Shown: in pieces, positions 61,407 through 64,000 of the stretch | How positions within the stretch are numbered: position 1 is the stretch's first letter | Layout: each line of letters begins with the position of its first letter | Source: Balanoglossus misakiensis | Taxonomy: Eukaryota; Animalia; Hemichordata | Length of the DNA: 64,000 bases | Reading direction: 5' to 3' | NCBI GenBank assembly: GCA_040954595.2 | Contig: CM082580.2 | Coordinates: forward strand, 13,256,242 to 13,320,241 | The notes under the pieces: model-generated | Told to the model about the DNA's origin: nothing | Databases searched by the model: none | Seen by the model: only the letters and a program-made list of their open reading frames with translations | Translations under genes and position numbers: made by a program

Positions 61407-64000
61407 ACTGTGCAAAAAAACAAAGTACTGACAGAAAGAAAAATCGCTGGCGCTGTTTACTTTAATGACGCCACGCACGAGTGGGAGTCACTAATGGCCT
61501 GGCTGGACAAGTCATGGTTGGACTGAATAAAAAGTCAATTGCCTTCCGCCAATTTAGAACAGTCAATTATTTCTGTATCCATCAAGCTTGATTGACAGTT
61601 GGTGTCGAATCAAGACTCAGTATTTTTCGGCACAGTAGCCAGAAACACTTGGCATTTTGACACGCTCTTTGAAACAATGTAATACATTGCAAATTTTAGA
61701 ATTATTGCTTTTGTCGCTTTACTTGATGCAAATACCACTGTTCCGTTGAAACATTAATTTCATATCTGAAATGACTCGTATGGGTGCTGACACTTTTATA
61801 ACCCCAAAACAGAGCTGCTATCCCTACATATATGATGTCTTGACAAGAAAACTATATTTTGCATATATTTTAATCCAATACAGAAAAAATGCCAAATATA
61901 TACAGATCACACCAACTCTGAGAAAACATACACAAAAGAAATATATCCATTTGTTGAAGAACCATCAAATAAAGTTCTCTTGGTGATGCCACAAATCAAA
62001 ATAACACCTCATGGAAAACTAAAAACCGTCAGCAGCACACACAAAAAACTAAAGTGGCATTTCCTATGGCAGCTCACACAGACATAAAGGAGTGAAAATG
62101 CAAATATTGCGGAACTCAAGCCAAATTGCAAACTCCAAAACACTGGTGTAAAGAAAAAAATAAACAACAACAACACGGGGGGAGTCACTCCTATTGAAAA
62201 TATATTGCATACTGTGGTTTACAGTACAGAATGGGCAAGTACAATGGATTGGTGTGACACCCCCTGTTGACTGGTTAGTATTGCACACCGCAAACTTAGT
62301 GAAGCACACACACAGCTGCACAAGATCAGCAACTAGTCTACTGAAAGCATCCCCTGCATTTATTTTGTACAATGTAGCTTTGATAAAAATTTCCTGAAAA
62401 TTGCCACCAAAAAATATCTTGGAGAAAATTATTGCAAAATGTTCAGCTCTCCTGTTCAACACCTGAAATATACACATCAAACCGACCGAACTCAGAGGCT
62501 GACATTTTAAATCCATAAAAGGAAGTTCATTTTCATACATTTCCATATATGGAAATGTACTAGAACATTTGAAGACTGATTAGCCAATCAGCTTTGGGGA
62601 GCTTTCATTCTACATAAGCATATATACAGGCAATGTAAAGCTAAGTCTACGGCAAAACGTTGTAAAATTCTGGCCAACAAAACTCAAAATTATCAAATAT
62701 ACTCAAAAAATAACTCTTCAAATGGACCGGAATGATAAAAACAGGATATATTGCACAAACCACACACATAATCCCTATTTCTTGGGAAAGAAAACATCTT
62801 GGTAAAATTTGATACTGTTTAGCTAAAACATGATTGGTCCTCCTCATACCTTATGCAAATGATATTCCAAGAAATTAAAGACAGAAGATTTAAGAAATTA
62901 AGAGCATTTTGACATTTTATGAATAACAATTTTGAAAATAAGATTTTCAAGAATGAAATTTTGGGTTCACTTTTTTAAATTTTAACCCCAATGCAGTATG
63001 CTTGTATTTACAGTAATACTAGCAAACAAACTACACAAGTTTCATCCTTGCTCCAACAACATGCAATACGAGCTCATTATTTCTGACTCATAATTTTCCC
63101 CTTTTTTTCTAAAATGCTAAAAATTAGACCAGCCTCGCACAACGGAGGAAGAAATGAATTGATATGATTGAATGAGAGTCAAATATCTGTTGTTTATCTT
63201 CAAAATAACTGGTCAAACTAAGGTCTTTGATGAATAAGTAATTTGCATATATTAAAGGATGTCTGTACAAAAGGTTGCACACAAAAATCGACAACGCACA
63301 CTAATTTTAACAACAGCAACAACACTACCAAAACATACAAGCTTGATACACACACAAATATTATATATATATATTTTTTCACTTTTTTGGAGTATTCTAG
63401 AAAAAAGTGTATGAAGAGTAAAAATCAGCATATGAAAGGGAGGATTGAGTCTTGCGTTTGATTTGGAGACTATCTGCCGGCTTTGATGCGTGGCCAGCTG
63501 TATTCACAAGAAGCGTACTTGATTAGAAACTGTCAGAAAGCTGCAGATTTTATGCGCCTAATCTGCTATAGAGAAAGAAGCTGGTGTTGAGATGAGATGA
63601 CACTTGACTGACTTTCACACAAAAAATATGCAGGTAACGACACAAAAGGAAACAAACCATTTCTATGTTGACTACGCAGAACACAAAAGGCTCGAAAAAT
63701 AGTTATTTTTTTCTGAAGCCACCCTGCTGTTGTAGTTATATCCGATTATTTCTGTTTCAAACAAAACTGTTTTTCAAGTTAAGTAAAAACCTTAAAGCTG
63801 ACTGTTTAGTATTCATAAACTGTAACATTTCATTAAGAATTAAGAGGAAGGTACTTCCATATATGGTCACGATGATGCCATATTTGGAAAAGAAAATATA
63901 TATGTATAATCATATAGTTAAGTACAGGAGTCACATAGAAGGAATTTCCAGACCATATTTGGAATGATAAGTCACAAACTGATAAAACATTATTTGAATA

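Noticed and set aside
59433-64000. Short ORFs downstream of BICRA
   Set aside because: AT-rich UTR-like or intergenic sequence with no recognisable protein; may be the 3'UTR of a convergent gene beyond the window.

Overview
Intron-rich animal genomic DNA, probably a marine invertebrate deuterostome (inference). Spliced gene models were assembled by hand from splice sites and exon phases. On the minus strand: calpain-7 (5' part, runs off the left edge), a CNBD2-like cyclic-nucleotide-binding protein, an orphan single-pass Ig-domain membrane protein and NCAPD3. On the plus strand, head-to-head with NCAPD3: a BICRA/GLTSCR1-family gene. About 16 kb (22.4-38.2 kb) has no recognisable gene. The main result is that the BICRA gene looks like a multi-ncRNA host. 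It carries three near-identical intronic box H/ACA snoRNAs whose pockets match two uridines of LSU rRNA helix 38. It also holds a ~670-nt highly structured intronic RNA candidate ending in H-box/hairpin/ACA, and a candidate poison micro-exon between that RNA and the first snoRNA. rRNA matches and orthology calls rest on recalled sequences, not on searches.
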